DNA of 64,000 nt, from positions 672,001 through 736,000 of the forward strand of contig CBDCNQ010000005.1 of NCBI GenBank assembly GCA_965219445.1, read 5' to 3'. Below, piece by piece: positions 60,717 to 64,000 of this stretch (positions are counted from its first letter, which is position 1; each line of letters opens with the position of its first letter). The notes beneath the pieces were generated by a model, which saw only the letters and a list, made by a program, of their open reading frames with translations, made no database searches and had not been told where the DNA came from. The position numbers were made by a program, and so were the translations under genes. The DNA is from Longimicrobiales bacterium (lineage in GTDB: Bacteria > Gemmatimonadota > Gemmatimonadetes > Longimicrobiales > Gaopeijiaceae).

Positions 60717-62174
60717 TCAGCACCACCTCACACGAACGCGGTACTCGACGCGGGTCTCGCCGTTCGCCTCGACGTCGGGCGTCAGCGTGAACGTCCACGC
60801 ATCGATCTGCTCGAACGGATGCGTCGACGACAGGATCTGCCAGTCGCCGCCTACGGGCTCGACGAGCATGACCTCGACGTATTCGTCCTTGTGGTTCCTC
60901 AGATCGATCTGCCACGTGCTCTCCGAGACGCAGCCCGAGATCACTGTATAGTCCATCTGACGGCGGTCGCCGACGACGTCGAAGGCCTCCCCCATCTTGA
61001 TGCGCAATTCCTCGTCGCGCGGTGTGTGATCGATCAGATCCTCGCCGATGAACTGCTGGGCACCCGTGTGGTCGCGCTTGTAGACGCGCACGATGCCCTT
61101 CGGAAGTGGCATGCCGAGACCGTTCCGCTCGCTGTTTTCGAAGTCGAGGAAGACGCCGACCTTCTGGTTCGACGCGACCTGGCCGTACTGACCCCGGTAG
61201 TAGTGCGTGGCACCGTGGAAGATGAGCTTCTTCTCGATGCCGAAGTCGTCGGATTCCAGGAGCGTGACCTGCTTCTGCTCGTTGTGCAGCAGGTCCGCGG
61301 GGCGGCCGAGCGTGTACAGGTGGTACTCGAAGAAGGCGTTCTCCGTAAAGCCGTCGCGTTCCTGCATCGCCATCGCGTCGGCCATCATCCTCGATCTGGA
61401 CTCGGGCCTCATGTTGCCTTGCACACGCTGCACGTCGCCCGCGACCAGCTGGAGCCGTGCGTTTTCGTACGCCGTCCCGCTTTGGTTCGTGAGTGTCACC
61501 CAACCCGTGAGCGCTGCCGCGTCGTCGTCTTCGTCGAGAACCATGACGTAGTCGGATTTCCAGTTCAGGCTATTGGTGAGATACGAGACCTCCACCTGCT
61601 GTTGGCCACCCGTCGCGTCTAGCCGCCACAACAGCGTGGGCTCCGCAATGAGGTTGTCGGGGACCTCGGGAAATCCGAAGCGCCCGGGGTAATTGAACGT
61701 GATCTCACCGCCGATCCTCAGGATCGGCCCGCCGTTTACAGACAGGACCTCCGCCTCGACCGCCTCGTCCACGCCGGTCTGCGGATTGGTGCGATACACG
61801 TTCACGGTCCGGCCGACGTACTTCTCGAGGAGCTTCTGGGGATTCAGCAGGTCGAATTGGTAGTTCTGCTCGAGCACCTGCAGCTCACCGCCGCCGAGCG
61901 GGCGGATGTGGACCGTCTCGGGCTGGATACCGGATGCGACGTCACCGTATTCCAGGGCTATGCGACCCGAAGCGAGGTCGAGCGTCCGGATCTCACGCAC
62001 GAGCCCGAAGTTCTGGTTGTATACGGTGATCGACACCGCGTCACGCTGGGCGGACGTGGAGCGGAGCGTCGCAGATTCTTGCGTGATCGCCGTCGATTCA
62101 GTCGCGACGGGCTGGGTGCCGGAAGGCAATGTCACCGCCGTGAGAGTCGCGGCCATGGTGAGTAGTTTTCGCAT
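60717..62174 (-). CDS. DUF4139 (with DUF4140-like N-terminus) secreted protein
   Basis: ITVYNQNFGLVRE, EQNYQFDLL, SYLT..LNWKSDY, LVAGDV, FEYHLY and LGMPLPKG motifs. Confidence 0.85.
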   Translation of the reverse strand: MRKLLTMAATLTAVTLPSGTQPVATESTAITQESATLRSTSAQRDAVSITVYNQNFGLVREIRTLDLASGRIALEYGDVASGIQPETVHIRPLGGGELQVLEQNYQFDLLNPQKLLEKYVGRTVNVYRTNPQTGVDEAVEAEVLSVNGGPILRIGGEITFNYPGRFGFPEVPDNLIAEPTLLWRLDATGGQQQVEVSYLTNSLNWKSDYVMVLDEDDDAAALTGWVTLTNQSGTAYENARLQLVAGDVQRVQGNMRPESRSRMMADAMAMQERDGFTENAFFEYHLYTLGRPADLLHNEQKQVTLLESDDFGIEKKLIFHGATHYYRGQYGQVASNQKVGVFLDFENSERNGLGMPLPKGIVRVYKRDHTGAQQFIGEDLIDHTPRDEELRIKMGEAFDVVGDRRQMDYTVISGCVSESTWQIDLRNHKDEYVEVMLVEPVGGDWQILSSTHPFEQIDAWTFTLTPDVEANGETRVEYRVRVRWC

Positions 62175-62362
62175 CGGAGTCACCTCTGTACGGAGATTCG
62201 GCGGGCATCGAGCCCGACCGAGTGTTTGCTGTCCTTTGTGGATGAGGACGTACGAGGTCGCGGATCTTGCACACACGACGGTTGACGGAAGCGGGGCACG
62301 GCTTCTAGCAACCGAATTCGACTAGGCGCGCCCGCGATCCATCACGGGATCTCCGGCGCGGC

Positions 62363-63988
62363 CTAAAGTGCGTTCAGCCGCTCCATGTCCACCAAGAACG
62401 CGAAAAGCCCGGGAACCAGTCGATAGTTGGTGACCACGCCCGAGTCTTGGAGGGCCAGAAGTTGATCCACGACGGCGGATCGCCAACCCCCCACGAGCAC
62501 CTGCGCTTCCCGCGCCGATCCCATGCCCAGGGAGAGATTGGAGTGGTCCACCCGATCGGTCAAAAAGCTCAGGTTGCTGCCGTCCTGCGCACCGTCGGGC
62601 CCCGCTGTCAGAAGCCACCACTGCACCACCACCGCATCCCGCTCGCCGTACCGGAAGTGGAAGAACAGGTCGTCCGGTCCGTGCCAGGCCTCCTGCCGCT
62701 CCGTGGAGTAGAAGGGGAGGAGCAGGTAGTACGTCTGCAGGTCCATGACCACCAGACGCGGGGCGCCTTCCGGATCCAGGAGATCCACCATCTCCATCAA
62801 GTTCGCTCGCCTCAACACACGCTCGGGCGCCGCGAAAGGGCTGTCGGGGACGCCCATTCCGATCCCCACACTCTCCCGTGCGGCGACCAGGACGGCCACG
62901 ACAACCAACGCGGCCACGGCCCACCTCCTCCCTGAAGTGAGGACGAAGCCGACAGCCCAAGCCAGCGCTGGCAGGGTGAAAGCGAGCATCCAAGTAGAAT
63001 GGCGAATCGAGCCCATGGGGTAGATGCCGGCGGTGGCGGCCACCAGGCCCACCGACAAAGCGGACCCCCCCATCACGACGGGAAGCCACGCCCTGAGCGC
63101 CACCGCTGCCGCGAACGCGGCGATCGCCAACACGGTGACTGGTCCCCCCAGTCCCCTTCCGGCGACAGTGGTCTGAAGGCCGACGAACGCAAGCCACGCC
63201 TCGCGGACCGAATCCACCATGTAGAAGCTCAACCAACCCTCGAGGGCCTGCTCGGCGATGACCGAGGCCGTGAGTTCTCGCAGGTGGAAGAAGTAGAGAC
63301 CCAGCACCACAGCCGCGGGAACCATATGGGCGAGAGCGAGGTCCTGACGGGCCCCAACCGGCATCTCAGTCGAGAGGATCAGGTAGAGGGCTACACCGCC
63401 GAAGGCCCCAAGCGCCAGAACCGAGCTGTAGTGCGTGAGCAGCGCCGGCACGAGTAACGCGATGTACGCCAGGAGTGTGCGGCGCTCCGGCGCCCGCCCA
63501 TACCGGAGCAGGAGGGCAAGCGCCCCGGTCACCAGCGCCAGCTGGAACATGTAGGGCCGCATGATCTGGGAGAGTGTGACGGCAGGCGGGGACAACACGA
63601 GCAGAGCAGCGGCCGCCAGGCCGGTCACGGTCCTCCGCACCGGATCCTTCCCGGCGATCTCGCGGCCGCACTCCCAGAGGGCGAAGATGGCGGCGGTGCC
63701 ACCGATCCATGACAGAGCCCTGAACCAGATGAAGTCCGTAGTGAGGAAGCCCACGGCCCGGAGGATCATGTAGTACAGGGGCGGGTGAGCGTTCGTCGCC
63801 ACCTCCTCCCAGAAGCCGGCGAGGGTGGGCTGGGTGGCGATGGAGAAGTAGATGCCCTCGTCGGGGTTCAACCACCATTCCATAGTGCCGGGCACGCGGA
63901 TGAAGAGGCCCAGGACTACCAGTAGCAGAGCCGCAATGACTCCGTACCGTTCTACGGAGGAGGCCGAGGGTCGCCCTGGCTCTGTCAC
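62363..63988 (-). CDS. GT-C fold membrane glycosyltransferase (ArnT/PMT, GT39/83-like)
   Basis: WLNPDEG, HPPLYY, SQIMRPY and THYS motifs with many TM helices. Confidence 0.8.
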   Translation of the reverse strand: MTEPGRPSASSVERYGVIAALLLVVLGLFIRVPGTMEWWLNPDEGIYFSIATQPTLAGFWEEVATNAHPPLYYMILRAVGFLTTDFIWFRALSWIGGTAAIFALWECGREIAGKDPVRRTVTGLAAAALLVLSPPAVTLSQIMRPYMFQLALVTGALALLLRYGRAPERRTLLAYIALLVPALLTHYSSVLALGAFGGVALYLILSTEMPVGARQDLALAHMVPAAVVLGLYFFHLRELTASVIAEQALEGWLSFYMVDSVREAWLAFVGLQTTVAGRGLGGPVTVLAIAAFAAAVALRAWLPVVMGGSALSVGLVAATAGIYPMGSIRHSTWMLAFTLPALAWAVGFVLTSGRRWAVAALVVVAVLVAARESVGIGMGVPDSPFAAPERVLRRANLMEMVDLLDPEGAPRLVVMDLQTYYLLLPFYSTERQEAWHGPDDLFFHFRYGERDAVVVQWWLLTAGPDGAQDGSNLSFLTDRVDHSNLSLGMGSAREAQVLVGGWRSAVVDQLLALQDSGVVTNYRLVPGLFAFLVDMERLNAL

Positions 63989-64000
63989 GAGATATCTCGG

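Noticed and set aside
1..64000. tRNA, rRNA, integrase, transposase or prophage genes
   Set aside because: None recognised by eye; tRNAscan-SE and Infernal would be needed to exclude small RNAs.

Overview
High-GC bacterial chromosomal window. The SusC/SusD-type pair, choice-of-anchor-B protein, heme c/beta-propeller proteins and plug-like lipoprotein suggest a Gemmatimonadota-like (probably metagenome-assembled) organism; this is an inference. The left half is mostly housekeeping: TusA-like protein plus exported rhodanese, purE, tyrS, menF-menD-menB-menA-menE, an RHH/RelE toxin-antitoxin pair, a YchF paralog, leuABCD, ilvC-ilvE-ilvD, an aldehyde dehydrogenase, an aquaporin and thrABC. The right half is an accessory region rich in secreted and redox proteins. 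Highlights the ORF track does not show: (1) a heme c-fused PHM-like copper monooxygenase next to a PAL-like NHL lyase, both retaining the catalytic motifs of animal peptide-amidating PAM; (2) an ArsC/Spx-like protein with an in-frame UGA in a UxxC motif and a SECIS-like hairpin; (3) a Leu-rich leader peptide with antiterminator and terminator upstream of leuA; (4) a decayed 101-bp copy of the DUF4139 gene bracketing the susC/susD module; (5) an HD-domain oxygenase-like gene coupled to an FMN-binding protein. There are also several pseudogenes, short duplications and a possible Illumina adapter remnant. No rRNA, tRNA, CRISPR array, integrase or transposase was recognised. All calls are from motif reading by eye; no database searches were run.
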